Origin: Saccostrea cucullata
Lineage: Eukaryota
Assembly (NCBI RefSeq): GCF_032062105.1
Contig: NW_026933012.1
Location: 434,001-498,000, forward strand
Reading direction: 5' to 3'
Length of the DNA: 64,000 nt
Under the pieces are notes generated by a model that saw only the letters and a program-made list of their open reading frames with translations, was not told the origin of the DNA and searched no databases. Shown here piece by piece: positions 1 to 12,985 of this stretch. Positions within the stretch are counted from its first letter, which is position 1. Every line of letters starts with the position of its first letter. The position numbers and the translations under genes are program-made.

Positions 1-46
1 AGTAGAAGTTGGATGAATTGTTGATATTTTTACTTTGTAAAGTTAC

Positions 47-49
<3 letters not shown>

Positions 50-133
<84 letters not shown>
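50..133. repeat. (TA)n microsatellite
   Basis: About 42 uninterrupted TA units. Confidence 0.97.
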
Positions 134-135
<2 letters not shown>

Positions 136-370
136 TTAATGTTGATCTTCATTAAAAACAATATCATCAACAACAAAATAAGTTTTAAATTTATTTTGAA
201 TAATATTCTGTGATATATATTTTTTTATTTTATAAGTAATCCCATTATATGAAATTCATTTCATAGAATCATATAAGGAATAAACGTCCTGATTATTATG
301 AATGTTGATATAATTTAAAATTTTTAGGTATTCAATTATAACATCTTTAATTAATATCTGATTCCCCAGA

Positions 371-1330
371 AGAATTTCCATCATCTGTTTTTATTATTAA
401 GCCCACTCAATGCACGTTATGAAAATATTGTTTGAAAGCAAACAGTTTTATGTAGACCTTTCTGCATAAAACAACAAGAGCGCGCGATTTTCCAATATAA
501 TTGATATACGTAACCTCTAATTTATTACAAATAGTATTATAGACAAGAGGACAGCATCGCATGCACTATAAGAAACAAAAATCTCAATACATTCGTTTTT
601 TATCTTTGAAATTTACGGAATTTAAAATTTTGAAATCACGCGCATGCATGCAATCTGATTGGCTAAAACTTTAAATTAATCTTTAGAAACAGTAATTGAG
701 GGATCATCATGCACGTGCATGAAATGCATATAATTACAAAACTCATAAAAATACTTTTTTTTAAAATGCCTTGTAAGTACATTAAAATAAAATTTAATAG
801 TGTAAATAATATGCACAAGTGTCAAGTGCAATGCAAAAATTTTATAGCAATTAGGAAAAAATAAGTTAATAAATTTATTTGATGAAAGAGGGAAAACCAA
901 AATGAAAAAAAAACGGTTCCGGTTACAATTAGCACTAGTTGACTTATGTATTATGAATCAATAATTTTAAAATTAGTATCACATCTTATCTTTAGAATTT
1001 CCATCGTCTGTTTTTTATACAAGCCCACTCACTGCACGTTATGAAAATATTGTTTGAAAGCAAACAGTTTTCTTCTGTCCTTTCTGCATAAAGCAACACG
1101 ATTTTCCAGAAACCTCTAATATATTTCTAAGCATCACCGATTATCCAACTGTAAGATATTATCATTTACGGAATTTTAAATTTTTGAGGTATCAGATAAA
1201 ATTAATCTTTAGAAACAGTAATTGAGGGATACGAAGAAATGATAATTTAAACTCATAAAAATATTTTAAAACGTGCAATTTTAGGTAAATAAGCACGATC
1301 TTCAAACATGTACATTTTGGAGCAATTAAA
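371..1330 (+). repeat. Degenerate direct duplication with an offset of about 620 bp (copies at ~371-860 and ~994-1330)
   Basis: Shared blocks in the same order: AGAATTTCCATC..CTG, AAGCCCACTCA.TGCACGTTATGAAAATATTGTTTGAAAGCAAACAGTTTT, AAATTAATCTTTAGAAACAGTAATTGAGGGAT, AAACTCATAAAAATA. Many indels between copies. Confidence 0.85.
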
Positions 1331-1486
1331 AATAATTAATAATATTAAAAAAAAAAACAAAAACATTTAGCAATAAATAGTGCGTATGTATCTGTCTGTT
1401 CTGCAGTGTTTAAGTGTATTCATATTCTAATCCAAAGAGATTCATTATACAAGCTTTACACATGTTCAAGGTAAGTGTTTTGTTAA

Positions 1487-1490
<4 letters not shown>

Positions 1491-1552
<62 letters not shown>
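1491..1552. repeat. (AG)n microsatellite
   Basis: Pure AG run; it explains the spurious LSLSLS ORF at 1410..1649. Confidence 0.97.
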
Positions 1553-1553
<1 letters not shown>

Positions 1554-2474
1554 TATTATGCTTTGTTGACACATTTTAAAAGTAAAACTGAAGCTTATTC
1601 TTCTTCTTCTTCTTCTTCCAGTAATGTGCCTGGCACCAAAGTTGGGCATTATCGCACAATTTAAGTATCGTAATTTTCTGAGGACTTCAATTATTAGAAG
1701 AATGATATTAATTTGGCCTTAATTTTCTTGTTTTGTCTTTTGAGGACTAAATTAATTAATCAAGATAGATATTTAAAATAACTCACGTGTGTAATGTAAC
1801 TGTTTAATTTTCAGTAAATCATAACTTTGGTGTATGGGTTTATGATTAAAAGTACCATATAGCATAAAATTCATTCATTTATAGGCCAAGATATCAAAAT
1901 TTAAAGTGATTAATTGATAAATTAAAGTCTTAATCTTATCTTAAAACTCATGTCTGTGACGTATACTTTAAAAATAAGTAATATTTTGACATTAAGGGGC
2001 TAAAAACTAGGTTGGTAAGACAACAATCGACTAAATGCGAATTAATTTTTTCCCGGCTGAGAAGCCAAGCAATCAGTGAGTGGTTGGATTATAAATATTA
2101 GTACTAAGACAAAGAAAATCACGTATGATAATTATAAAGAGGCAGAATTGATTTAATGAATTTGATAAGTACTTTGCAATTAGATGCTGGTTTTTACATT
2201 TAAAGGTGTATGTGTTAAATTATATTAAGTTTTTCTTCCTAGAAAGACTTGGAGTTGATATATGCTAATGATTTATAACCGTCGTTGCTATCTATAACAA
2301 CCGCTTGAAAGTGAGCGAAAATATAGCAATCGAAATTCCGTTCGTCTGCTGTGCTTTTAAGTACCAATCTCTTATCCGCAACCACTGAATGAAAGATTTA
2401 ATGAGACTCTCGCTTTATTACATAATGATATTTTACTTTTTTGATGAAACTTATAGTGTAATTGTAACAAACAC

Positions 2475-2625
2475 TATTCAAGATCAAAAGTCCATAAAAC
2501 AATACAAGTTAGGAGCAGAGCAAACACAAACCTACAAAACATCAAAGGTGGGATCTGGTGCCATGGAGGAGTGAGCATCCGCTCCCGATCGGTCGCATCC
2601 GCCGTGTACTCCTTATCATGATCGG
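2475..2625 (-). mobile_element. 3' end fragment of a Penelope-like retroelement family (same family as 40680-41170)
   Basis: TTCAAGATCAAAAGT...GAGCAGAGCAAACAC...GGTGGGATC.GGTG.CATGGAGGAGT.AGCA aligns with 40690-40830, where the same sequence lies next to RT-coding DNA. Confidence 0.75.
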
Positions 2626-2900
2626 GCTTTGACACTAACATGTTTTTCGGGTCTTCCAGAGCAAAACATGGATTTTGCCGTTATAATCATATGGATGAGC
2701 GGGGATATCATTTAATGAGTTGAGTGTTCACAAAACAAGTTTTTTTTTCTGAATATTTTCTGTAAATATTACAATCTATACCTTAATTGAGAAGGTTAGT
2801 ATTTTCAGTGTTCAAAAGCTATATTTCATCACACGTAGGACTCCGTAAGGTGCTATGTGCTTTCGTCTCTGGGACAATTCTTTATTTTCAAATAAAAAAC

Positions 2901-3034
2901 CACAGGCACCTGACGTTACTTATTTTTCTTTTAATAAAAAAATATACATTGTGTACACATACCTAATAATAAACATATTAGGTATGTGTATATTTTTTTA
3001 TTAAAAGAAAAATAAGTAACGCCAGGTGCCTGTG
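2901..3034. mobile_element. Foldback MITE (near-perfect 134-bp hairpin) with CACAG..CTGTG termini
   Basis: CACAGGCACCTGACGTTACTTATTTTTCTTTTAATAAAAAAATATAC is mirrored at the right end with one mismatch, and there is an inner stem TACACATACCTAAT/ATTAGGTATGTGTA. Flanks TAAAAAAC / AAAAAAAC could be an 8-bp TSD. Confidence 0.8.
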
Positions 3035-3351
3035 AAAAAAACTATTCCTTATATACAAGTTTCCTATTTAATAATGGAAGTATAAGTGAGTTTTATTTTA
3101 AGATCGTTTCAGAAATAGTTGGGTAAATTCTACACGCATTAAAAACTCTCCCGGGTAATTTTACATATAGTACTTAATAAAACAAAGTATATTTACATTC
3201 CGTCCATGATAAAAAGCTGTCCGATAAAAAGTATATACCAATAATATTAATAATAAGTCGAAAAATTTTTAATCAAAAGAATAAAAACCTAATTAAGTGA
3301 GATAACTCTGCTATTTTTCTATTTATATTTGACCATATTTGTTCCCACATT

Positions 3352-6300
3352 CTACTGTTGATTGCACATTTTACATCTATGTGGACATTGTTTTTGGATA
3401 AGCGGATTCCAATGACAGAAAACGTCCGGCCAGCGAGGGCAATGTGGATCATCCGTTTCTCCACAGTTGACTACAAAATAAAAACAGTTAACAATTTATT
3501 CTATTTATATTCATATTAGTTTGATTGTACTTTATTAAATCAATATAAGGTCATTTACATGATATTTTCATAAATGGATTTGTAAATGCAACAGCCTGGT
3601 TTAACACTTCTTATTCAAAATTGTTCATAGTATTTATTGTTACTGATTTATTCATTTTTGTTACTATTAAATAACAATTAATTCTTTTCTAATAAACCGT
3701 TGATGGAATTCCAAATATGTATTTTAAAAAAAATTAATCACTAAAATATTCCAGGAGTGGCACGATTGGAATAATGTAAAAGTAAAAGCTATATTGAACC
3801 TTATTTCCATTTACAAATCAATGCAAGGTTTCTTAAATTATTTTTTCTCTCATATTTTTTATGCTTTAAAATGTTGTTTACCTTCGCATGTATCGCCAGT
3901 ATAGGGAGGAGAGCAGGAGCATTGACAAGTGTTTTCTTTGAGTGATCCGCCATTGTAGCATATCCTTCCGCCACAAAGAACTAAAAAAAATATTTATTTG
4001 TTACTAATTGAAATAAATATTAAATTTTGTAATTTAAAAAAGGTTCGTTTTAGGATATAATGTCTTATATTAGCCATAAACACGACGTTGGGGTTATACT
4101 TAAAGTTAATATCTCATACTGTGTCCTCTAGCGCAGCGTCCGCACATGTAGGGACACTCTTGATTGGCGTTAGGAAGAACCACACAGTGTTCTTTCTGAT
4201 ATTCTACTCCACAGGCAGCATTGTCGGTAAATGGACATCGCACTGAGAAAAGATGACGAGTTCAGATTAACTGAATATAACTGAGCTTTATTGTGATACT
4301 GTACATGTTGAAGATAAATTGTGTTTAGTTTTACAACTCTTCCATTAAATGAAAAGTGAAGAAATTTGAATGTTTGTATCTAAAAATGGGAAAAGAAGTA
4401 GAATATAAATTGATGTGGACAACATTTGAAAAACATTTGACATACGCAACGTTCATGTACTCATACTTTTCAGTTACATGCCTACTAATAATTTTTCAAG
4501 ATATTCTTGAATTAAAATTATAGAACTAATTAGATGATTAGGACAAAAAATCAGCATACATCACCAGGGGCTTTGAAGAGATATCAAATGACAAAAATAC
4601 TTGTGTTTGTCAATGAAAAATTAACACAAAATTATAGTTGTACAGTTCTTCAGAAGAGGTAAAAAAATCATTTGGGATAATAATAATATTTGCACCAAAG
4701 TAAATAACTGACGTTTTTAAATTGTACAAGACATAAGAAAAAAAAATGATGCGTTTGTTCTAAAAGAGGATTCCTTTAATGGTTTAAATTGAAGATCATG
4801 AATTGAGGATAACTAACTATTGTAATTTACAGAAATGTTATTATGATGGTAAGATATGGTCGTGTAAAGGTTACATGAATTTTCAAATGCATAACAGATA
4901 CAAATTTTGCATGACAATTTCTATGTGTTTTTAAGAGAAGAACTAGTAAGTTGTTAGAACATGTTTCTTATCCCTTTCCTTGCAAATAAAATATGTTCAA
5001 AACAAAACAAAAAAAAAAACAAAAACAAAAACAAAAACAAACAAACAAACAAAACAAAGAATAAAAGATTGAAAATGTAATATTTACTTATCATTTTGTA
5101 TAATTATACAAAATGATATTTAAATATCACATTTTAAATTAAAAAAAATATTTTTATAGACTGGATTGTTATGCACTTTTATGAATGGTAATTTCATTAA
5201 AGTATAACTTATTGAAGTAAATTTTCAAAAATCGAAAATCATGAAAACATAATAAATTCATTGTACAATTGTTACAGGTATATCTGCTCATGAACGATAC
5301 GGTATTATTTGAAATGAATTTCATAGAAATGAAATGGACTAATTTATTGGCAGGAAATACACAGAAGACGTGAACTTGGAAATGTTGGAAAAGAAATGCG
5401 TATCGCATGCAAATCCCCCCCCCCATTTTTTTCTATATTCAATCTTTATATATTTTCTATAATTTTTAATTTGTTTCGTACAATTTTCTAATCTGCTTTT
5501 AAGAGCCTCTAATCTTTGAACTATGGGGAAAAAATCCTAAAATCTGCCGTGCGCTCTTGACATCACAAACACACAAACTTACGGATATCACAGTTTGGTC
5601 CTGCATATAACGAGCCACACTCGCATTGACAAGTCTCTGTATTTAGTGTTCCCCCATTGTTACACACTCTATCCCCGCAATCTGTTGGTTTAGAATGAAA
5701 AACGAGTTGCATGACTTATGATGATAAATAATTGAGATAAGATCTGATTTTCAAAAATACAAAACATACAATAAAATAAAATATAAAAAATATCCTTTTT
5801 CTGAATATTGTAACTATTATATATCCCGTATATAATAATAAGGGAAAAATTTCTTTTTAAATACGCATTACTTCGTTTTATTTGACTTGATATTCCCTAT
5901 CTTACCACACTTTCCATTCCTGCACCTATGAGGACATGCCCCGCATCTTGCTCCTTTTGTGAAAGGGTGTGTGAAGCTTCGTAGTCTTTAGAATACATAG
6001 AAGATAATTCAGTAAAAAGGTCAATATGTAATAACTATAGTAAAAGAAGGACAGAAAGAAAATTATGAAGAGTGTATTTCTCAGACATGATGTGTTTTCC
6101 TTAATTAAATGAAGTATATACCCTGGAGCATAGTTACAGACGTAATATTTCTCGTATCGACTCCCGTCACATTCAGCAAATCCACAACCAACAAGGTAGG
6201 TACCATTATATGCAGCCTAAAAAGATCGTTTTCCGTTAAGTGATTTATGATTTACCAATCAATAGACAAAGGTAATTCATTTTTTTGCTTAGTTTATAAT

Positions 6301-9300
6301 AGACATTGGTGATTAAATACTCTATTCATGTATAAAACCTATACTTGCATTTTTGTTTCTTTAGAAACTACTATATGTTTCAGTTTCTCATTGAGTCTTT
6401 TATAGGTGGTATAATGTGTAATGACCATATAAAATTAGTTACAATAGTAAATTATAGTTACGTATTGTAAATATTTTTGATGCACATTCTTCGATTTTCT
6501 CTAGATCTTCTTTTTTAAGCTTAAGTTCTTACAAAACAAATAAATTATATAAATTTGTTAAGTTATATTTAGATTTTCAAGATATATTTAGATTTGATGC
6601 TCATCTGTCATGCTCAACTCATAGTATCATTTTCTAGCTTCATGCAGTATCTCCATTTCCAATGAAACGTGAGTTAATGGAGATCATTCTTAAATGGTCA
6701 TTTAACCAATACAAATTATGAGCAGAACCCATATGGACCTTAAAAAAATTGTAGATCATATGCAATGAAGGAATAAGCATCCTGTGTCCACCAACAACAT
6801 CCGCCGTGCCCTCATTTTCTTAAATGAGTAATGTAACAAAAAAAAGATCGTAGACAATTCAGTGCAAAAATACCCGCCGAACAATTCGTAAAAAAGACAT
6901 AAGACAGTCTTTGCATTAACCACATACAAATGTATATTGTATTTGCAAACAAAGCTATTGAATCAGTTACATAATTTGGGAAATTTTGGCCTTAATCGAG
7001 ATCGTTGATAACCTTGCATCCTCAAATTATTTCTCAAAACTTCGATAGTAAAGAAAAAGTTTTGAAATATGTTATTGAGAAATAGTTCATATTCAATTTG
7101 GAGACATTGCTTTAAATTTGTCTAAATCTAAGTTAAAAATAGTATGACCTGTACGAAGTGTCCAATCGTTTCAGCAACATCAATAGTTTCTGGAATATAA
7201 GTCTTTGGATCAACGCCGTATTGCCAAATAAGGTTCTCATTCCACCATTCTTCCAACACAGTCGACCAGTTCGCATATCCTCCCGCCAAGTTTTGTCCAA
7301 TTAATGTATGTTTTCCCAATGCTTTAAAGGAAAAAAAATCAAATTCCTTGATTAAAGGACTCAAGGATAAAACAACACAGACAGATTATAAAGAACTTTG
7401 AGCTAGGAATTTCCATTTTTAATCTAATTCATGATAAGAATTCATGTCATCAGAAAAAGAAGAATAAGAAGATGAAATAGGGGTTGTAATAAATTCCACT
7501 GACAATTTCACTTACATGGCACTGCTCTCATTTTATCATGGTATCTGCTACATTGATTCGCCCACTTTTGAGCAACAATGGCCAGTCTATCGTCCCATTT
7601 CTGAAGACAGAGAACATATAGTATATATTGCTATAAGGTGACTTGCTCACAGAAAGAAAGAGAACTCGTCATAGCTATTTTGCATGATCAACCTCATGGA
7701 AAATTGTCATCTATATACTAAGTACTTAAATGTATACGTCAAGAGTAAATCACTTTGAAATTTCTTTTGTCTCAATTAAGATTAAGAAAAAGCTACTTTA
7801 TTAACCATATTTTTTATTTCTATTTAGAAACTTCTCTCTATTTTCTATTAGAAACATGTGCATATATGGTCCAAATGTTCTTTTTTAAGCAAAGTAATTT
7901 GTCTCATCTTTGGGATATTTCGATAGTTCTATTAGTACTCACCATGGTAAGAATGTCAGAAGCCTCTGGTAGTACATTGCCTCGGAGTTGATTATGAATT
8001 CTCACTATCTCCAACTTCTCCGCTTCTGACACACCGGATACATTCAAAAAAGGGTTATCAACATAACACATTGTGTGGTTGGAAAGTTTTTGATACTCTT
8101 CAGTGCACGTTACTATCTTGAAAAAAAATCAATTATCATTTCAGGTAAGTTAACGTTTGTAATATTATACAGAAATAATGTTATGTTTATATTTGATTTA
8201 AAAAAAACATGGTAAAACACAAATCATAAGATGCTAGGGATAATTTGTTTGCGATCAATATTAACTATGAAAAAAAAAAGATAGCTGTCCCGAAAAATGG
8301 CTTCAGATTTATCTTTTGAATAAATTGAGCTTCAAATCCTTCTCGAAGGTTTAATACAAGTGAAAAAACTCATGAGATACGATATTTCTAGAAAAAATCA
8401 ACTTTTTACCTCGCTGTCAAATGCATCTGCCACAGTTTGAGGTACCCAGTTCCTAAATTGCACAGGTCCATGGAATGTTGTTAGGTTTTGTACTCTTTTA
8501 GGATGAAAGTCACCCTCACCAAACGGCGGAGTATTTATTGTATGGAAACTGAAAGAACTACTTTGCGATGTGTGGGTATCTGTTCCGCTGTTGGACACTT
8601 GTGGTTTCGGCGTTTCGGCTTTAAGGAATCCCTGGGATGGAAATATTCCTGGAGCATCGGGAAAATTTTGAGTAATTGAGGACTGCTTGTTTCTCTCACT
8701 TTGTGTTTGAAATACAGTATTTATATCGGTACCATGTGCTTCGTTTACCCTGTATTTTTCGGGAAGTATGAAATTTCTTGGATAAATAGGTCTTCCCATT
8801 GATGATGGCGTAAAGGGACTTTGAAATACCGGCGGTGTAAGTAAAGGCCCTGGTTTATTTTTTATCGCCTGGTCTGTTTTTACTGATGAAAATGATTTTT
8901 GAAAGAAACTATGATCATTAGCACTAGGTGTCAGCCTTGATCCATCAAAACTGCTTGTGCTGAAAGAATGGCTCTCAGAAGCAGCATGACTACCCTGCGA
9001 AGTTGGGTGCCTTTGGTTATTTGCTTCAATTTTATGAGTCTGTGGTTTAAAAAGTCCCTTTAAATCCTGCTGTCCCTGAACTGTATCAATAAAAGGCTTA
9101 CCCTGATTCAGAATTCGTTGATGACTTTGAAGGCTTTGAATTATTGGTTGTCCTGGAATTATTGCATTTCCATGTTCACCTTCGAACAACAAACTTCGCT
9201 GACGACTTTGGTTGTTTTGAGGCTCTTGTTGACCTAGTGTCATCGAATGTTCTTGCTGAACTGGAAATCCATGTTGACCTAGATGGTCTCGAAAGACAGG

Positions 9301-10619
9301 ATTTCCATGCTGAACACTAGATATCGGAGACCCTTGTTGATCTTGAAAGAATGAATGATCCTGTCTTCTTTGAATCAACTGGTTGCCCTGTCGACCTTGA
9401 ATTTTGGAGTGTTCCAGACTTTGAAAGTTTGGGGGTCCTTGTTGACTTTGACGAACTGATTCATGGAGTTGACTTTGAAAATTTGAAGATCCCTGTTGAC
9501 TTTGAAGAACTGATTCATGGGGTTGACTTTGAAAATTTGGAGGGCCTTGTTGACTTTCAGTTATTGAATGGTGAGGTTGACCTGGAAAATTTGGGGGGCC
9601 TTGTTGATTTTGAATTATTGGATGGTGAGGTTGACCTGGAAAATTCGGGGGGCCTTGTTGATTTTGAATTATTGGATGGTGAGATTGACCTGGAAAATTC
9701 GAAGGTCCTTGTTGACTTTGAATTATTGGATGTTGAGGTTGACCTGGAAAATTTGAGGGTCCTTGTTGACGTTGAAGATTGAGACGATGAGGTTGATCTT
9801 GAGTTACTAAGCTTCCTGATTGAGATTGAAGAAATGGATGGTGAGGATTTTGTTGACCCTGATTTGAGTTTCTCTGCTGACCTCCGAAAGAAGAGTGTCT
9901 CTGTTGTAAGTTATGAATTGGTTGAGAAATTGGTGATTGTGAATTTGTTGTACTTCCAGAGGACACGAAATGTTCCACAAATTTTTTTCCAAAATTGTCC
10001 GATTTAAAAGCTCCATTGCCCTGTCTTGTCGATGGTAGTTGGTTTTCTCTGGTGAAATGGCTATTTGACTGCAAGTTGGATGGATTCGCGAACAAATCGA
10101 AATTGTGTGGATCATTGGGTTCCCCAAAAGAACCAAACCTGGATAAACCTAACACAATAAAACTAAAATGAAATCAATTTAAGTATCTCTACAGGAGGCT
10201 CGTAATAAAAAATACAATGAAATGGTATACTTCGCTACAAATTAACTTTAAACAAGTTTTCTGTAAAGGGCAAGGAATACAAAAAATTGTCAAGCGTGTA
10301 AAACAATGACAAATGCATTCCATTAACCGAATTGTATTGCATTTTGTCTTGGTAATTAATGTTTACCTATAGCAACTGCTGTTATCAAGAAGCGTGCAAA
10401 AACTGTACAAATAAATTAAATGCGTAATGGGCATATTTCCCAGTGACATTTTTGCTTAAAAATGTCATTGCTTTGAATCTTACCTTGGTGATTGTTCGAT
10501 GAAGAGGATGAAGATGAAGATGAAGAAGAGGATGAATGAGAACGTGAAGAGCTTGCAATCTGTGATAGTGTGTCACGTAACAGCGCCACCAATAACAGAC
10601 CAGTTATCCATTTCATCAT
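3352..10619 (-). CDS. Secreted CAP/SCP-domain (CRISP/venom allergen 5-like) protein 1, about 973 aa: signal peptide, poly-Ser, Q/G/P/H-rich low-complexity region, CAP, hinge, EGF-ShKT-EGF-ShKT
   Basis: 11 coding exons, all GT-AG and phase-consistent (2922 nt): 10619-10484, 10148-8410, 8116-7943, 7600-7516, 7321-7149, 6216-6122, 5985-5906, 5681-5583, 4242-4120, 3980-3882, 3470-3352. CAP motifs HNQLRG, KWDDRLA..AQKWANQC, GQNLA, WWNE, IGHFVQ, LVGCG, YYVCNYAPG. EGF-like CNNGG..CQCEC..YAGPNC; ShKT-like ..CPYMCGRC and ..CPHRCKMC. Confidence 0.92.
6715..6960 (-). mobile_element. Degenerate Penelope-like 3' fragment in an intron of CAP gene 1
   Basis: GAGCAGAACCCATATGGACCT...GAAGGAATAAGCATCCTGT...CATCCGCCGTG matches the family at 2475, 20780 and 40690. 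Confidence 0.55.
9391..9768 (-). repeat. Coding tandem repeat: 54-bp unit (18 aa, consensus QQGPPNFPGQPHHPIIQN), 7 clear copies
   Basis: GCCTTGTTGA recurs at 9598 and 9652; the translated units are visible in ORF 8398..10155. Confidence 0.92.
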
Positions 10620-11071
10620 CTCATTCAGGGAACCCTCAGGGAAGTGTCTCACTTGTATGGTACAAAGCCCTGTACCACTAAACACATTGAATACAAAATA
10701 CGAATGTGCATGGGATCGTGATCTTTGTTTAAGTTAAGGAAACATACGTAATTGTCTCTCTCTCTGATGAATTAAGTTCTTTTAAATGTTAACTCTAATA
10801 ATAGCTTGCACTGTTTTAAAGAAAACATTTCCATATACAAAGGTAAATCTGAGGGCAGATGTAATTCACTTTTTCAACAAGTGTTAAATTTTTGAAAACA
10901 GCTTTTGCTCTAATTAAGTTAAATGAGCTGGAAGTACTTTACAGAAGTATATATATGTTTAAACAATGATTTTAATGTTTTATCTAGAAAACAAAGCATT
11001 TAAAAAAATCTAAAACGATATTTACGAAGAAAAAAAGAATTAAAACAGCTAATTCTTTTGAATTTCATTAT

Positions 11072-11200
11072 NNNNNNNNNNNNNNNNNNNNNNNNNNNNN
11101 NNNNNNNNNNNNNNNNNNNNNNNNNNNNNNNNNNNNNNNNNNNNNNNNNNNNNNNNNNNNNNNNNNNNNNNNNNNNNNNNNNNNNNNNNNNNNNNNNNNN
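11072..11200. other. Assembly gap (N run)
   Basis: Run of N. Confidence 1.
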
Positions 11201-11481
11201 AATATTAGCGTTTAAAAAGAATTTAATTTTGTTAAATTATAATATGAAAATTAATGCTGGAGCTGAAAAACAGTAATCAGTTTAAAATGAAAAAAAAAAT
11301 AAATACATAAAATAATTATATCAATATGCTGTGTAAGAAAGTAATGTATTTTTCTGCAATAGCTGCAACCGGTAATCCACATGCTTAAAAGCAAAGATAT
11401 AATTTATTCTATATTTATTCTGTATAAAAAGATACCATATTCACTAGATGTAAGTATGGCAAATATAGAATTATTTATTGA

Positions 11482-11670
11482 CGACGGATTTTTCCGTTAT
11501 TTCCCGATCATGAAAAGGAGCACATGGCGTTTGTGACCTGTCGGCAGTGGATGCTCACTCGTCCATGGCACCTGATCCCACATCTGATGTTTTGGAGGTC
11601 CGTATTTGTGCTGCTCCTATTTCGTATTGTTTCATGGACTTTTGGTCTTGAATACTGTTCGATATCTCCA
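11482..11670 (+). mobile_element. Penelope-like retroelement 3' fragment
   Basis: Reverse complement of the 2475/40690 family (GGATGCTCACTC.TCCATGGCACCTGATCCCAC...ACTTTTGGTCTTGAATACTG). Confidence 0.75.
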
Positions 11671-12939
11671 TATGTTTCATAAAAAACTTATGATTGAAAA
11701 GGACTAGCATTGCACAAGAAATCTACACTGGTTGTTTGGAAAGCCAGCTGAAATCAAAGCTGATATGACATGATATGGATTTTAGTATGTAATATTCTCT
11801 ATGTATGTACCAAATTTTTGTCATATCCTCCGACTAAAAGAAGGGGTCTAAAAGTCTTTGAGGTCATCTGTATGGCGGGTTTATAACTATATTCACGTAC
11901 GTATTGTTCGGAGAGAGAATGTAATATTTCAAAGTACATTCACTTTCTTTATCTGAATAATTTAGAAGATAGTATCTTCTCGCTGGGTATATAAGATAAA
12001 ACATTTGCAACTGCTGTGCAAAAATTACTCAATCCACTTACCAAGATTAATTCAATGCTTAAAAACTATTATAAATTCTATCAATTTGATTGAAATTTTC
12101 ATTATAAAAGCTGTCTCATAATTTCTATCAATTTGGTCTATGATGATTTAAAAAGGTCGATATAAAATACAAATAAGACAATGTACAAAACTATTCTATT
12201 TTGTTTTTTGAAACTTTACAAAAAACTTTCCTCTCAACAGCAATAAAAGTTTGATGATAAATAAATACAAACAGTCTTTAAAATAAAACAACGAATCTGA
12301 TTTTCCAAACAAAAACAATTTTCTGCGTTTTTCATATATAAGATAGTGGACTGACTGCACCTCTGTATGTTTCAAAGGGTTCAAATGCTCCTTAAAGATC
12401 AATTTCATTTGAAACTAAACGATAAAGTTTTTGTTAAGTAAAAAAAATATTGAAAAAATAAATTGAAGAAAATATATTATATATAAATAATCATTAAGCG
12501 ATAATTTCCGCAAAAAAGGGCCTTGTATCGAGTCAATCGGTGTTTATTGCACAAATATTTCATTATCAAAAACCCAAGATTATTAAATTTCACCGAGAAA
12601 CCTTATATCGCACTTTCTGGAAGTGGATAAACAATCCATTGCTTGTGAGTGATTACATTTCGAAATAAATGATTGCGTAAGTATAAGATTAATCATCGAA
12701 TTTTGAATTTTGATTTCTTAAACGAATGAATGAAATTAGGGAGAGACAGGTAGCCCATTAAAAGGGGGGTAATTATAAGACATCTTGTTCAATATTTGTT
12801 GTAATGTTCATTTTTATGTATCCAAAAATTGCAAATTTCAATAAAATTAGAAAAAAATATTGGATCAGAGCTTTAAGTTAGCTGCATTACAAAATCGCTA
12901 CATGTATAAACAAAATGAAATTATATAATGTATTCTACA

Positions 12940-12984
<45 letters not shown>
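12940..12984. repeat. Compound (TG)n(TA)n microsatellite
   Basis: Read directly. Confidence 0.95.

Positions 12985-12985
<1 letters not shown>

Noticed and set aside
1410-1649. ORF with LSLSLS run
   Set aside because: Translation of the (AG)n microsatellite.
9351-9782. 143-aa plus-strand ORF with LVDFELLDGEVDLEN repeats (and overlapping ORF 9568..9756)
   Set aside because: Antisense shadow of the 54-bp coding repeat of CAP gene 1; the frame stays open only because the unit has no stop.
11058-11276. ORFs spanning N runs (also 36718..36951)
   Set aside because: Artefacts of assembly gaps.
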